DNA of 64,000 nt, from contig CAWDRG010000017.1 of the NCBI GenBank assembly GCA_963804645.1, forward strand, positions 416,001-480,000, given 5' to 3'. Made by a program: the position numbers and the translations under genes. This DNA is from an uncultured Bacillota bacterium (lineage in GTDB: Bacteria; Sysuimicrobiota; Sysuimicrobiia; Sysuimicrobiales; Segetimicrobiaceae). Shown in pieces: positions 1 to 10,451 of the stretch (the first letter of the stretch is position 1; each line of letters starts with the position of its first letter). The notes beneath the pieces are model-generated. The model saw only the letters and a program-made list of their open reading frames with translations. It searched no databases and had not been told where the DNA came from.

Positions 1-405
1 CACGACCGTGGCCAGTGCCCGCGGCCGCACGCTGTCGACCACGGCCTTGAGCGTGGTGCCCCAGGAGATGCCGACGCGCTCGCCGCCCTTGAACGCGCGG
101 TCGAGGTACTCGGCGGTGGCCTGCCCGAGCGCACGCCGCGTCACCGTCGGCGACTCGCTCCGCCCCGGAATCACGATCGCCTCGCGCAGGCCGAACCCTT
201 CTTCCAACTCATGCTCGAGCCGCTGATGCGTCCCTTCAGGCTGTGTCACTTCGATACGGACGATCCCGGTCGCGCGGGCGCGCGTGAGGAGCCGGGATAC
301 GGTCGGCCGCGACAGCCCGAGGCGCACCGCGATCTGCTGCTGCGTCAGGGTGCGAAGGTAGTACAAATCCGCGACTTTCGCCATCAGCACCCGATCGTCG
401 CTCAT
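1..405 (-). CDS. SorC/DeoR-family sugar-binding transcriptional regulator (3' part runs off the window)
   Basis: Not in the ORF track. Manual translation from ATG 405 gives MSDDRVLMAKVADLYYLRTLTQQQIAVRLGLSRPTVSRLLTRARATGIVRIEV...GISWGTT, the typical SorC-family HTH and SWG motif. ATGA overlap with the upstream gene's stop. Confidence 0.9.
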   Translation of the reverse strand, partial: MSDDRVLMAKVADLYYLRTLTQQQIAVRLGLSRPTVSRLLTRARATGIVRIEVTQPEGTHQRLEHELEEGFGLREAIVIPGRSESPTVTRRALGQATAEYLDRAFKGGERVGISWGTTLKAVVDSVRPRALATVV

Positions 406-1718
406 CGCGCCGCCCCCGCACTCGTGGTCAGCGTCCCCCGCTGGATGGCCGCATCCTGCTGACGCCGCAGATGCACGATCGTCAGTGATTGGTCGAGCCG
501 CACATCGTCGGCGGTCAGCGACGTCCCTCGGGGCACGTCGCGCTGGAGCCGTGCCCCCTGGATCACCCCGATCGGAAGGGCGCCCGACCGAGCCGTCCGA
601 TCGGCGGCGTCGATCGTCCCGTAGACCATGGACCCTCCGATACCGTCGATCACGTCGTCGACCCGCAGGTCACGCTTCGCCACCGCAATGCATTCCGCGA
701 CCGGCCCGGCCGACGCCTGCATCGTGGCTTCACCCGCCAGGACGGCCCGTGCCACCGACAGCGGCACCTCAAGGCTGGCAAGGTGATACGGCCGGACGAG
801 CAGATAATAGGGCCCGTCACCCATCTTCAGGTACGCCAAGTCGCGTCGGATCGGCGCGCTGGGCGACGTCACGACCAAAAAGACCCCCGGGGCGACATCA
901 CCGACCGCGTACTCGACGGCGCCGGCGCTGCTCAACACGCCTCCCGCGGAGACGGGAACGAAGACGCGCAGCAGATCGCCCAAGTCGGCGTGCGGGCCGT
1001 GCATCCCGGGGCAGTCCGGCCGGAGGCCCGTGGCATTCGCCAGCGCGGCCATTTCGACCATCGTCTTCGTCCCATCCACGAACGCGGTCAGCATCTTGGC
1101 GCTCATGCCGCGGGCGGCCGCTTCGCCGGCGACCGCGTCCGGGGTCGCCGTCCGATCGAGACGGTTGTTCTTGCCTTTGCCAGCGCACACCACCTCCAGG
1201 CCGATCGCGCGGGCAAATTCGACCATCTCGAATAGGACGACCGGCTCGTCCCCGGCGCCGACCGTGTACACGGAGCCACGGTCGCGCGCCATCCACCCGA
1301 GCAGCGGACCGACGGTGGCGTCGGCCTCGACAGTCATCGTCACGAACGGCACCGTCCGGCCGATCGCAAGCAGCGCGAGGCGGGCCGTGACGTCCGGAAT
1401 GCCCGTGGCGTCGACAACGACGTCGATCCCGGGCGCGCCGACGAGCCACTCCGCGTTGGAGGTCACCACGGTCCGGGCCTCGGCTAGGAGGCGATGGGCT
1501 TCCGCCTCGGAGGTCGCCGCGTCGCTCCGGACCTCCGCGCGGGCCGCGGCGGCTGCCGCCCGCTCCGCGACCACGTCACACACCGCGGCCAGACGGAACC
1601 CGGGGAGATGTGCCAATTGGTCGGCCAGCCCGCTGCCCATCTGGCCGGCGCCAATGACGGCGGCCTTGATCGGCCGCCCTTCCTGTTCTCGTTTCCTCAG
1701 CGCGCTTCGGATCGTCAT
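402..1718 (-). CDS. NAD(P)-dependent oxidoreductase, homoserine-dehydrogenase-like, with C-terminal SAF domain
   Basis: GAGQMG Rossmann motif, GDEP, FVDGTKTMVEM, RPYHL, C-terminal AKRDL..DGIGG SAF domain. Start trimmed to ATG 1718 (MTIRSAL). Confidence 0.85.
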   Translation of the reverse strand: MTIRSALRKREQEGRPIKAAVIGAGQMGSGLADQLAHLPGFRLAAVCDVVAERAAAAAARAEVRSDAATSEAEAHRLLAEARTVVTSNAEWLVGAPGIDVVVDATGIPDVTARLALLAIGRTVPFVTMTVEADATVGPLLGWMARDRGSVYTVGAGDEPVVLFEMVEFARAIGLEVVCAGKGKNNRLDRTATPDAVAGEAAARGMSAKMLTAFVDGTKTMVEMAALANATGLRPDCPGMHGPHADLGDLLRVFVPVSAGGVLSSAGAVEYAVGDVAPGVFLVVTSPSAPIRRDLAYLKMGDGPYYLLVRPYHLASLEVPLSVARAVLAGEATMQASAGPVAECIAVAKRDLRVDDVIDGIGGSMVYGTIDAADRTARSGALPIGVIQGARLQRDVPRGTSLTADDVRLDQSLTIVHLRRQQDAAIQRGTLTTSAGAAR

Positions 1719-1782
1719 GAACGTATGTTCAGCCAGGAAAGAATGTGCATCCGAACTTCGAGCACGAGACCGCAACTCCTCC
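1717..1782 (-). promoter_or_regulatory. SigH-like promoter followed by tandem operator-like repeats
   Basis: Minus strand GGAGGAGTT-N11-CTCGAAG (1782-1756), then TGCACATTCTTTCCT and TGAACATACGTTCAT (10/15 identical; the second is palindromic) abutting the ATG. Confidence 0.45.
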
Positions 1783-2251
1783 CATCCCGACCGCGCCCGA
1801 GATGGGGGCCCCCGCGTGGGACCCGCCCGGGCGCGTTCGACGGCTGCGGGCGGGGACGGAGGGCGAGCGGCGGTACGCTCGAGGATCGACGAGGTGCGCA
1901 TCGCGACGGTTCTGACGCGTGACGACGACCATCGCGACGTCCGCAGCCGACGCGGCGGCTCGGACCGGGCACGTGGCCAGTGCACCGGATCTCGCGCCCG
2001 GCCCCGCTCTACGGCGTAGCATTCGGCCGAAACTCGTGCGAGACAGGACCTCCGATCGAACGTCTCCAGCAGTAGAGGAAACAATGAGAAGGCGCGCCCC
2101 CTCGCCGCGCCGCCCCGTCCCCACGCGTGGACGGTGCGATTGCGCCCGTGGGCATGGCGCGGCGTCTCTGCGCAACCGGCGTCTCGACTGGCCGCCCGAC
2201 GGTGCCGCGATCGAGAGAACGGAGACGCTCGAAAGGAGTCCCGTCCGCGAG

Positions 2252-4069
2252 ATGCCTGCACGTCCGAATCGATGGGTCCGAATCGCCAGTGCCGCGACTG
2301 TGGCCGTGGTCGTCCTGATGGTCTGGCTGGCCGCCGGCAGCATCCGCCCAACGCCGGACACCGCGATCGCCTACAGCAGGTTCCTTGACCTGGTCCGCGC
2401 CGGCAAGATCGCGAGCGTTGTGCTGCAGGGCGACGTGGTCACGGGGCGGGTGGCGCACGGGGCCCCCTTCCACACCTATCTGCCGACCGGCGACACCTCC
2501 GCCCTCGCGATGCTCGAGGCGAAAGACGCCACGATCACCGTCGCCCCACCGGCCCGGCCGAGCGCGTTCGCGTGGCTGATGGCGCTGCTGGGGGTGTGTC
2601 TCTTGTTCGGCATGGCGTGGTGGACCGCGCACCAGCGGTCGACCGGCGGGCCGGAGATCCTGTCGTTCGGGAAGAGCCGCGCGCGGCGCCACACCGAGGC
2701 GGAGATGCGGGTCACGTTCGACGATGTCGCGGGCGTGGAAGAGGCGAAAGAGGAACTGGCGGAGATCGCTGAGTTCCTCCGAAGCCCGACGAAGTTTCAG
2801 GAATTGGGCGCCAAGATTCCACGGGGCATCCTGCTCGTCGGCCCCCCGGGCAGCGGGAAAACACTGCTCGCGAAGGCCATCGCTGGTGAGGCGAAGGCGC
2901 CGTTTCTCTCGATCTCGGGCAGCGAGTTTGTCGAGATGTTCGTCGGCGTCGGGGCGAGCCGCATCCGGCACCTCTTCGACCAGGCGAAAAAACTGTCGCC
3001 CTGCCTGGTGTTCATCGACGAAATCGATGCCGCCGGGCGCCGGCGGGGAGCGGGCCTGGGGGCTGGCCACGACGAGCGCGAGCAGACCCTCAACCAGCTG
3101 CTCGTCGAGATGGATGGGTTCGATCCGAACTCCGGGATCATCGTCATCGCCGCGACCAACCGGCCTGACATCTTGGATCCGGCGCTGCTCCGGCCGGGCC
3201 GGTTCGATCGCCGCATCGTGGTCGACCACCCGGACTCACGGGGCCGCCGGGCCATTCTGGACGTGCACGCGCGTGGGAAACCGATCGCCCTGGAAGTGAA
3301 TCTCGACCAGGTCGCGCAGCGCACGCCGGGATTCAGCGGCGCGGAACTGGCGAACACGGTCAACGAGGCGGCGCTGCTCGCGGTCCGCCGGGGCAAAAAC
3401 CGGATCAGCCGGGCAGAGTTCGACGAGGCGATCGAGCGGGTGATCGGCGGGCCCCAGCGGAAGAGCCGGATTTTGAGTCCCCACGAGCGCAGGCTGACGG
3501 CGTTCCACGAAGGCGGGCACGCGCTGCTCGCGAAGCTGCTGCCGGCGGCCAATCCGCCCTATCGCGTCACGATCGTGCCACGCGGGATGGCGCTCGGCGC
3601 CGTGATGCTGCTGCCGCAGGAGGAAAAGCAAACGCGCACGCGCGATGAGATCCTCTCGAATATCACGGCCATGCTGGGAGGACGCGTCGCGGAAGAAGTG
3701 ACATTCGGCGAGATCACCACGGGGGCAGCCAGCGATTTCCAGCAGGCGACCGACTTGGCGCGAAGGATGGTGACCGAGTTCGGGATGTCGGAACGCCTGG
3801 GTCCGCTCGCCCTCGGGACACGACAGGGCTCGGCGTTCTTGGGCCGCGCCTCCGGTGAGAGCCGGAACTACTCCGATGAGATCGCCTGCGAGATCGACCG
3901 GGAAGTCCGACGCATCATCGACGAGTGCTACCGTCGGGCCCGGCAGGTGCTGACCCAGCACCGCGCGGTGCTCGAGCGCATCGCCGCGGCACTCCTGGCC
4001 CGCGAATCGCTTGATGGCGAGGAATTGGACGACCTCGTGCGCGGTGTGTCGAACGCCGCGTCAGCGTGA
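2252..4069 (+). CDS. ftsH: ATP-dependent zinc metalloprotease FtsH
   Basis: Two TM segments, GPPGSGKT Walker A, FIDEID Walker [28 protein letters not shown] Zn motif. Start uncertain: ATG 2252 after GAAAGGAG, or in-frame ATG 2084 after GAGG. Confidence 0.93.
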   Translation: MPARPNRWVRIASAATVAVVVLMVWLAAGSIRPTPDTAIAYSRFLDLVRAGKIASVVLQGDVVTGRVAHGAPFHTYLPTGDTSALAMLEAKDATITVAPPARPSAFAWLMALLGVCLLFGMAWWTAHQRSTGGPEILSFGKSRARRHTEAEMRVTFDDVAGVEEAKEELAEIAEFLRSPTKFQELGAKIPRGILLVGPPGSGKTLLAKAIAGEAKAPFLSISGSEFVEMFVGVGASRIRHLFDQAKKLSPCLVFIDEIDAAGRRRGAGLGAGHDEREQTLNQLLVEMDGFDPNSGIIVIAATNRPDILDPALLRPGRFDRRIVVDHPDSRGRRAILDVHARGKPIALEVNLDQVAQRTPGFSGAELANTVNEAALLAVRRGKNRISRAEFDEAIERVIGGPQRKSRILSPHERRLTAFHEGGHALLAKLLPAANPPYRVTIVPRGMALGAVMLLPQEEKQTRTRDEILSNITAMLGGRVAEEVTFGEITTGAASDFQQATDLARRMVTEFGMSERLGPLALGTRQGSAFLGRASGESRNYSDEIACEIDREVRRIIDECYRRARQVLTQHRAVLERIAAALLARESLDGEELDDLVRGVSNAASA

Positions 4070-4119
4070 CGCAACGAGGTCGGGCACCCGCAAGCTGCTT
4101 CGAAGCAGATTCCCGGGCG

Positions 4120-4542
4120 TCAGCTGACCGGTTCGAAGATCACGACGGGAATGCGCCGCTTGCCAGCCTTGACCTCGTATTCAGCGAACTGCGGCATGAC
4201 CTTCTTCTGGTTGTCCCAGATCGCCTCTCGCTCCGCGCCCGTCGCAGTCCTGGCCACTACCTGGAACGTGTCGCCGCCCACCTCGATGGTGGTGCGGGGA
4301 TTGGCCACCAAGTTCAGGTACCACGCGGGGTCCGTCGGCGCCCCCGCCTTGCTCGCAAAGACGGCCCACTTGCCGCCGACAGGTTGATACACGAGCGGAC
4401 TGACGCGCTCGGTCCCGCTCTTGCGGCCCCGATGGTGGACGAGCACCATCGGAGCCCCCTGGAACGGCCCCCCGACCTTACCGCCGTTGGCTCGAAACTC
4501 TTCGATGACCTTCCGGTTGAACTCGTCCCTGTCAGGTGGCAT
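4120..4542 (-). CDS. Deazaflavin (F420H2)-dependent nitroreductase family protein (Ddn/FDOR-A)
   Basis: FNRKVIEEFRANGGKVGG, GRKSG, ASKAGAPTDPAWYLNLVANP, RRIPV motifs; GAGGAGG RBS before ATG 4542. Confidence 0.92.
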   Translation of the reverse strand: MPPDRDEFNRKVIEEFRANGGKVGGPFQGAPMVLVHHRGRKSGTERVSPLVYQPVGGKWAVFASKAGAPTDPAWYLNLVANPRTTIEVGGDTFQVVARTATGAEREAIWDNQKKVMPQFAEYEVKAGKRRIPVVIFEPVS

Positions 4543-4676
4543 GCCGTCCCTCCTCTGAGACGCTCCGATGCGCTGTTGGGTCACATCGCCTGCGTCGGGC
4601 ACGGTGACGTCATACGGGCGGTCCGATCTCCGTCGTGTGGGCTCGGGTCGCCCGCCACGCACACACCCCACGAGTC

Positions 4677-4763
4677 TGGTGGGCGAGGTGGGATTTGAAC
4701 CCACACGGCCAGTCAGGCCAGCGAATTTTAAGTCCGCCTCGTCTGCCATTCCGACACTCGCCC
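4677..4763 (-). tRNA. tRNA-Leu(TAA)
   Basis: GGGCGAG..CTCGCCC acceptor stem, anticodon arm GCGGA-CT-TAA-AA-TTCGC, long variable arm, GGTTCAAATCC, encoded CCA. Confidence 0.96.
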
Positions 4764-4993
4764 GTCGATAACTTCGCGCCGCCGGTCGGGCTCCCTTCCG
4801 TCCCGCTCCCGGACGCGCGACGGGCTCGATGATACGGTGTGAGGTTGCACGCGGCCACCGGCCGGGTCACACGCGCGGTTCGGAAACCGTGCCGCCCGCC
4901 CCCGCCAGTCTCTCTTGAAACGATCTCAATGAGTGCCTGGGGTCACGCGACCACACGCGTCGCCACGAGCACTAGGGGGCAAGCAGAAGGAAG

Positions 4994-7951
4994 TCATGCG
5001 ACGTGGATGCGATTGCCGCCATTGCGCTTCACCGCGTACATCGCCTGGTCCGCCGCCTCAGCGAGCGCGCGTGCTGTGTGACCGTCCGCGGGCAGGCAGG
5101 CTAACCCGACGCTCACCGTGAGCTTGATCCCTTCCGGCACGGGGGTCTGCTCGACGTGGTGCCGGATGCGCTCGGCCACCGACGCGGCCATATCTTTTGC
5201 CAGACCCGGCAGCAAGAGCAAAAACTCGTCGCCCCCAACGCGCGAGGCAAGATCGGTCGTCCGACTATTCTGTCGCAGCGTATCCGCGACGGCTCGCAAG
5301 ATGATGTCTCCCTGCAGGTGGCCGAAACGATCGTTGATGTCTTTGAAGCCGTCGATCTCGACGACAATGAGCGACAATGGCGCACCGGCACGGCTGGTTG
5401 CGGCAACTTCACGCTCCAGCGCCTCCCACAAGGCCCGATGGTTCGCCAACCCAGTCAGGCCGTCTGTGTGCGCAAGCCTCGTCAAGTCTTCATCACGCTG
5501 CGCCCGAAGAATCGCGAGCGCTGCGAGCACCGCGAAGGCTTCAAGCACGTCGCGGATCTCCTTCGGGAACCCCCCCACGACTGGGCTCTCCACGTCCAGA
5601 ACGCCGATTACCATGTCGTCGACGATCAGCGGGTAGACGATCTTTGAGCGGGCTGCAGACGCGCCCACCACGTACAGTGGATCCACGGTAACGTCCGCCG
5701 CGTAATACGGGCGGCCGTGATCTGCAACCCAGCCGGCGATGCCCCGTGTGTCACCGTGCAACGACATGTTCTTGGTGAGCTCCGGGTCATACCCGTGCTG
5801 CGCCTGGAGGCGCAGTTCGCGCATCGGCTGGTCGACAAAAAAGATCGCACAGATCGGGTAGCCGAATACTTCGTGGATGAGGCTGAGGATTTCATCGAGG
5901 ACTGCCGGGAGATCAAGCGGCCGCAGGAGATGCCTGGCAACATCGGCCATCGCCGGCACGATTCGCGCAACGCGCCGAGCATTCGAGAGGGACCGTGTGA
6001 TCAGGGCAGCCGGCGCCTGGCGCCCGTCGTCCGAGGCGTCAGACGCCTGACGCGGCGCCGTGTCGGGGTTGACCACATGCTCTGCCACCATCTGACAAAA
6101 CGCCTCGACGACCGCGGGGTCGAATTGCGTCCCGGAGTGCTGGCGGATCTCGGTGATCGCCTCATCACTTGGACGCCCTTTGCGATAGGGCCGATCGTTC
6201 ACGATCGCGCCGAAAGAATCGGCCACCGTGAGAATACGGACCGCGAGCGGAATGTCCTCGCCCTCCAGGCCGTCAGGATACCCCGTCCCATCCCATCGCT
6301 CTTGGTGGTGACGAACGATCGTGGCCACGCGCTGCATGCCGTCCACAAAGAGCAGGATCTCCTCTCCGATCACGGGATGAGCCAGCATCACCGCCCACTC
6401 CTCGTCGGTGAGAGGCCCCTCCTTTCGGAGAATTTCATCCGGCACCGCGATCTTGCCAATGTCGTGCAGCAGAGCGGCCCAGCGGACGTCTCGCACCTCG
6501 TCGTCCCCGCACCCCATTCGCCGGGCCAGGGTTTCAACCCATCGCGCCAGTTCGTCGCTGTGCGACCCCGTATAGGAATCTCGGGCGTCAACCGTGCCCG
6601 CCAGCGCGAGGACAGTCTGGAAATACGCCTGTTGGAGTCCGTCGTACAGGCGGGCCCGGCGGATGGCGGTGCCCCCGATCTCCACGAGCGCCGTCAGGAA
6701 GTGCACATCGGCGTCGGTAAACGGCTGAACGCCAGCGACGCGCTTCCGTGCGAGGGCCAGCGTGCCGCTGATTTCCCGCTCGGATCGCACGGGCACGATG
6801 AGAATCGGCCCCAACTCGCGGAAGCGGGCGCCCTCCTGCCAAGTCCGCGGGGCGCCGGACGCGAGATCGGCGGCGACAAATGGTTGGTCGGTCTGGACCA
6901 CGGTTTCCGACAGGCTGCCAGCGACCGGGAACACCGATCCGGGTTCGCTCAGGAACCCAGAGGCATAGACACGCCGTAGGCTTCGCCGATCCTCGGTGAA
7001 CAACGCCAGCGTACCGTGCTCGGCGCCGAGCAGGTGCATCGCGTGGTCGACAAGGAGCCCATACATCTCCTCGACGCTGCGCGCTTCCCGGAGCTGCCGG
7101 CCCACGTGGTAGACGGCCTCCAGTTTCGCCGTCCGCGCCTGGAGTCCGGCTTCGGTGTCCTTGCGCTCCGTGATATCAATGATCGCTCCGTCAAGGTACT
7201 CGGCGTTGCCGTCGGCGTCGCGGACCAGGTGCGCGCTCGTCTGCACCCAGATCAGCGTCCCATCGTACCGGCGCAATTGGCACTCGAAGTCGGTGATCTT
7301 GCCTTCGGACACCAGCACCGCCATCCAGCGTACCCAAACGTCGGGGTCCGAGTAGAGCGCGGCGGCGTTGTGGGTGGTCAAGGTCTGCACGTCCGGGTAG
7401 TGCAGCAGGCGGAGCAAGGCGGGGTTGACCTCCAGGAACGCTCCGGTCGGCGTGGACCGATACAGGCCCACCGGCACGCCTTCGAACAAGCTCCGGTACC
7501 GCTGAGCCAGCCCGGCGCTCTCCTCCAGACGTTGGCGACGCGCAGCGTCCGACCGGTTCCGTTCTATGATCTCATGCGCGATCGTCGAGGCGCCTGTGAT
7601 GCGCCCCTCCGCGTCCCGGAGAGGCGAAAGGGTCAGAACGACCGTGATACGAGCCCCGTCCTTGCGAGCCTGTGTGGTCTCATACGGCTCGATCCGCTCC
7701 CCACGCGCAAGGCGTTCGAGACGGCCTCGGGGATCGTCGGGGCAATCGGGCGGCACGAGGATCGCGATCGATCGCCCGATCGCCTCTTCCGCGGAGTACC
7801 CGTAGATGCGCTCCGCCGCTGCGTTCCAGCTCAGGATGATCCCGTCGAGGGTGCTGCTGAAGATGGCACCGTCGGACGAGTCGACGATCGCGGCGAGGTG
7901 GCGGAGGTACTCCTCCCCACCCCAATGCGGATGGCTGTGCGTGGCTCTCAT
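4994..7951 (-). CDS. Multi-sensor c-di-GMP enzyme: PAS-PAS-GAF-HD-GYP-GAF-GGDEF
   Basis: PAS (WNAAAERIYGYS), LHDIGKI and HHQERWDGTGYP (HD-GYP), TDGLTGLANHR, RTTD I-site, RVGGDEF. Confidence 0.93.
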   Translation of the reverse strand: MRATHSHPHWGGEEYLRHLAAIVDSSDGAIFSSTLDGIILSWNAAAERIYGYSAEEAIGRSIAILVPPDCPDDPRGRLERLARGERIEPYETTQARKDGARITVVLTLSPLRDAEGRITGASTIAHEIIERNRSDAARRQRLEESAGLAQRYRSLFEGVPVGLYRSTPTGAFLEVNPALLRLLHYPDVQTLTTHNAAALYSDPDVWVRWMAVLVSEGKITDFECQLRRYDGTLIWVQTSAHLVRDADGNAEYLDGAIIDITERKDTEAGLQARTAKLEAVYHVGRQLREARSVEEMYGLLVDHAMHLLGAEHGTLALFTEDRRSLRRVYASGFLSEPGSVFPVAGSLSETVVQTDQPFVAADLASGAPRTWQEGARFRELGPILIVPVRSEREISGTLALARKRVAGVQPFTDADVHFLTALVEIGGTAIRRARLYDGLQQAYFQTVLALAGTVDARDSYTGSHSDELARWVETLARRMGCGDDEVRDVRWAALLHDIGKIAVPDEILRKEGPLTDEEWAVMLAHPVIGEEILLFVDGMQRVATIVRHHQERWDGTGYPDGLEGEDIPLAVRILTVADSFGAIVNDRPYRKGRPSDEAITEIRQHSGTQFDPAVVEAFCQMVAEHVVNPDTAPRQASDASDDGRQAPAALITRSLSNARRVARIVPAMADVARHLLRPLDLPAVLDEILSLIHEVFGYPICAIFFVDQPMRELRLQAQHGYDPELTKNMSLHGDTRGIAGWVADHGRPYYAADVTVDPLYVVGASAARSKIVYPLIVDDMVIGVLDVESPVVGGFPKEIRDVLEAFAVLAALAILRAQRDEDLTRLAHTDGLTGLANHRALWEALEREVAATSRAGAPLSLIVVEIDGFKDINDRFGHLQGDIILRAVADTLRQNSRTTDLASRVGGDEFLLLLPGLAKDMAASVAERIRHHVEQTPVPEGIKLTVSVGLACLPADGHTARALAEAADQAMYAVKRNGGNRIHVA

Positions 7952-8204
7952 CCTAGCTGTTGGATAGCCCTCTCAGCGGGACCGCAGCAACTCGCCGGTG
8001 GACCGGCCAGGAGTTGAGCGAACGTGGAGGTCACCCCGGCCGCAGACTTCGGCATAGTCCCATATAGGGATGCCCACTTCAAGCCCCGACCAGACGCGAT
8101 GGGCACCGCCGAGGGGATACGCAACTCGCCGCTTCGCCACACGCGTCGACCGCCGGCGGGATCCCGCGAGTTGATTTCGGGCCGTTGAGTGGCGTCGTGT
8201 TTCT

Positions 8205-8279
8205 TGGAGGCGACGGGCGGATTCGAACCGCCGAATGGGGGTTTTGCAGACCCCTGCCTTGCCACTTGGCTACGTCGCC
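8205..8279 (-). tRNA. tRNA-Cys(GCA)
   Basis: GGCGACG..CGTCGCC stem, GGGGT-CT-GCA-AA-ACCCC anticodon arm, GGTTCGAATCC, CCA end. Confidence 0.96.
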
Positions 8280-8295
8280 GCGCGCTGGTTGTCAT

Positions 8296-8372
8296 TGGAG
8301 CGGGAGATGGGATTCGAACCCACGACCTTCTCCTTGGCAAGGAGACGCTCTACCAGGCTGAGCTACTCCCGC
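8296..8372 (-). tRNA. tRNA-Gly(GCC)
   Basis: GCGGGAG..CTCCCGC stem, TCTCC-TT-GCC-AA-GGAGA anticodon arm, GGTTCGAATCC, CCA end. Confidence 0.96.
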
Positions 8373-8384
8373 GCTCCACGGGTC

Positions 8385-8393
8385 ATTATACCA
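8385..8393 (-). promoter_or_regulatory. Extended -10 promoter (TGgTATAAT) for tRNA-Gly/Cys
   Basis: Consensus TGnTATAAT 12 nt upstream of the tRNA-Gly 5' end in ~70% GC DNA. Confidence 0.75.
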
Positions 8394-8477
8394 GAGCCGG
8401 CCGGTTCCTGTGGTGGCTCCAGCCCCACCATGATAACAAAGACGCCTCCTCTGTCAACGCACCGCTGGCCGGGATGG

Positions 8478-9110
8478 CTAGGACGGGCGCAGCAGCGACA
8501 GAAACTCCGCCCGCGTGCTCGGATTCTCGCGGAACAATCCCCGGTTCGCCGACGTCACGACGCGGCTGCCCGGCTTCTTGATCCCCCGCACCGTCATGCA
8601 CGAATGGCTGGCGTCGATCACCACCGCCGCGCCTCTCGGCCGCAGCCCTTTCATCAACATGTCGGCGATGAGCGATGTGAGCCGCTCCTGCACTTGGGGC
8701 CGCCGCGCGAGCGTCTCCACGAGCCGCGCGATCTTGCTGATCCCCACGATCCGTCCGTTGGGGATGTAGCCCACGTGGGCCACGCCGACGAAGGGAAGCA
8801 GATGGTGCTCGCACATCGACGCGAACGGGATATCTTTGACGATGACCATCTCCTTGTGCCGTTCCGCATCGAAGCCCACGGTCAGGTACGGCATCGGATC
8901 CTGATGCACGCCCGCAAACAGCTCCGCGTACGCCTCGGCGATGCGGCGCGGCGTCTCGCGCAGTCCCTCGCGGGTCGGATCTTCACCGATGGCCTGCAGG
9001 ATCGTGACCACGGCGCTCTCGATCGCCGGCTTATCGACACCGCGCCACGCCTGCGCCCGCCGGATGTCTCGCCTTCCGCGACTGCCGCTCGCTCGCGCCA
9101 CCGCCCTCAC
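8478..9110 (-). CDS. folE: GTP cyclohydrolase I
   Basis: [47 protein letters not shown] overlap with the folP stop. Confidence 0.95.
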   Translation of the reverse strand: MRAVARASGSRGRRDIRRAQAWRGVDKPAIESAVVTILQAIGEDPTREGLRETPRRIAEAYAELFAGVHQDPMPYLTVGFDAERHKEMVIVKDIPFASMCEHHLLPFVGVAHVGYIPNGRIVGISKIARLVETLARRPQVQERLTSLIADMLMKGLRPRGAAVVIDASHSCMTVRGIKKPGSRVVTSANRGLFRENPSTRAEFLSLLRPS

Positions 9111-10228
9111 CCCCGCCGGCGTCCGCCGGCGCTGTCCGCGACGGCCCCCGGCCTCATGAGAATGTCGAGCATCTTGACCATCCGCGCCATGAACCGCACA
9201 TCGTGCGTGCGCACGAGGTGCGCGCCCTGCAGCACGCCGTAGGCGACCGCCGCCGCCGTGCCTTCCAGGAGCTCCTCAAATGGCAGCCCGAGCACGTCGC
9301 GAAGATAATTCTTGCGCGACGTGGCCAAATACAGCGGATACCCCAAGCTCCGAAACTCTCCGAACCGGCGCAGGACTTCCAGGTCATGGTCCGCGGTCTT
9401 GCCGAAGCTGAACCCCGGGTCGACCACGAGGCGGGACGCCGGCACGCCGGCGCTGCGCGCGGCGGCCGTGCGATCCTCGAGGAACGCGTAGACCTCGTCG
9501 ACGACGGACCGGTACGTCGGGTTGGGCTGGCGCACCTTCGGCCGGCCCTGGATGTGCATCACCACCAGTGCCGCGCCGGTGTCCGCGGCGATGTGCGCCA
9601 TGCGAAGATCGGCCAGCCCGCTGATGTCGTTGATCAGCACGGCACCCGCGTCGACCGCGCGCCGCGCGACGTCCGGCTTGTACGTGTCCACGGCGATCGG
9701 GACCGCGACCCGCCGCGCCAGCGCCTCGATCAGCGGCGCCACCCGCTCGGCTTCCTCCGCCGCGGTGAGCGGCGGTCCCGGCCGGGCACTCTCCCCACCG
9801 ACCTCGACCAGGTCGGCACCTTCCGCCACCATCTCGTCTGCGCGGGCCAGCGCGGCGTCCCGTTCGAAGTACCGGCCCCGGTCGTAGAATGAATCCGGGG
9901 TCGCGTTGAGCACGCCCACGATCAGCGGCCCGTGCGCCAGATCCAGCGGGCGGCCACAGGTCTCAAGCGTCCGCGGCGCCGTCCGGAACCTCGCCAGCGC
10001 CCTGGCGATCGGTCCTGACCCTGTTCCGGCGTCGGGATCGTCCTCAAGCGCCGTGAATCCCTCGAGCGGCCCAACGAGCAGCAGCGCGTCGGGATCCGCG
10101 CCCGGCTCAGTCCACAGCGACGCACGCCGTCCCGCCGCGACGAGCGACTCGGTCGCCCCCGCGCTCAGCCCGCTGACCCTGACCGCGTACACGCCGCCGT
10201 CGGCCGGCGGCGGCGGCCACGCGACCAC
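9107..10228 (-). CDS. folP: Dihydropteroate synthase with N-terminal extension
   Basis: [39 protein letters not shown]. The true start may be ATG 10280/10265, one base out of frame. Confidence 0.92.
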   Translation of the reverse strand: MVAWPPPPADGGVYAVRVSGLSAGATESLVAAGRRASLWTEPGADPDALLLVGPLEGFTALEDDPDAGTGSGPIARALARFRTAPRTLETCGRPLDLAHGPLIVGVLNATPDSFYDRGRYFERDAALARADEMVAEGADLVEVGGESARPGPPLTAAEEAERVAPLIEALARRVAVPIAVDTYKPDVARRAVDAGAVLINDISGLADLRMAHIAADTGAALVVMHIQGRPKVRQPNPTYRSVVDEVYAFLEDRTAAARSAGVPASRLVVDPGFSFGKTADHDLEVLRRFGEFRSLGYPLYLATSRKNYLRDVLGLPFEELLEGTAAAVAYGVLQGAHLVRTHDVRFMARMVKMLDILMRPGAVADSAGGRRRG

Positions 10229-10451
10229 GCGTGCGTGCTGCTCTGGGGGCAGTCCCGTCGGTCATGGCATCCGGCTCCATGGTCGCTCCGCGGCACCGTC
10301 AACCGCCGCGTTCCCGCGTTCCATCTTAGCATCCAGCAACGCCCACACGCCGCCCGCCGGGAGCCCGCCGTCCCCGCGTCGAACCCGTCCAGCACGAGCC
10401 GGCACGCACACACGGCCGGCAGGATCCTGCGCGTCGGATCAAGGGGGACAC

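Noticed and set aside
1719..2351. N-terminal extensions of the SAF oxidoreductase and FtsH ORFs
   Set aside because: Arg/Pro-rich, mutually overlapping read-through of a divergent intergenic region.
4817..4825. attR-like copy of the tRNA-Cys 3' end
   Set aside because: Only 9 bp of GC-rich sequence and no integrase, so not called as a mobile element.
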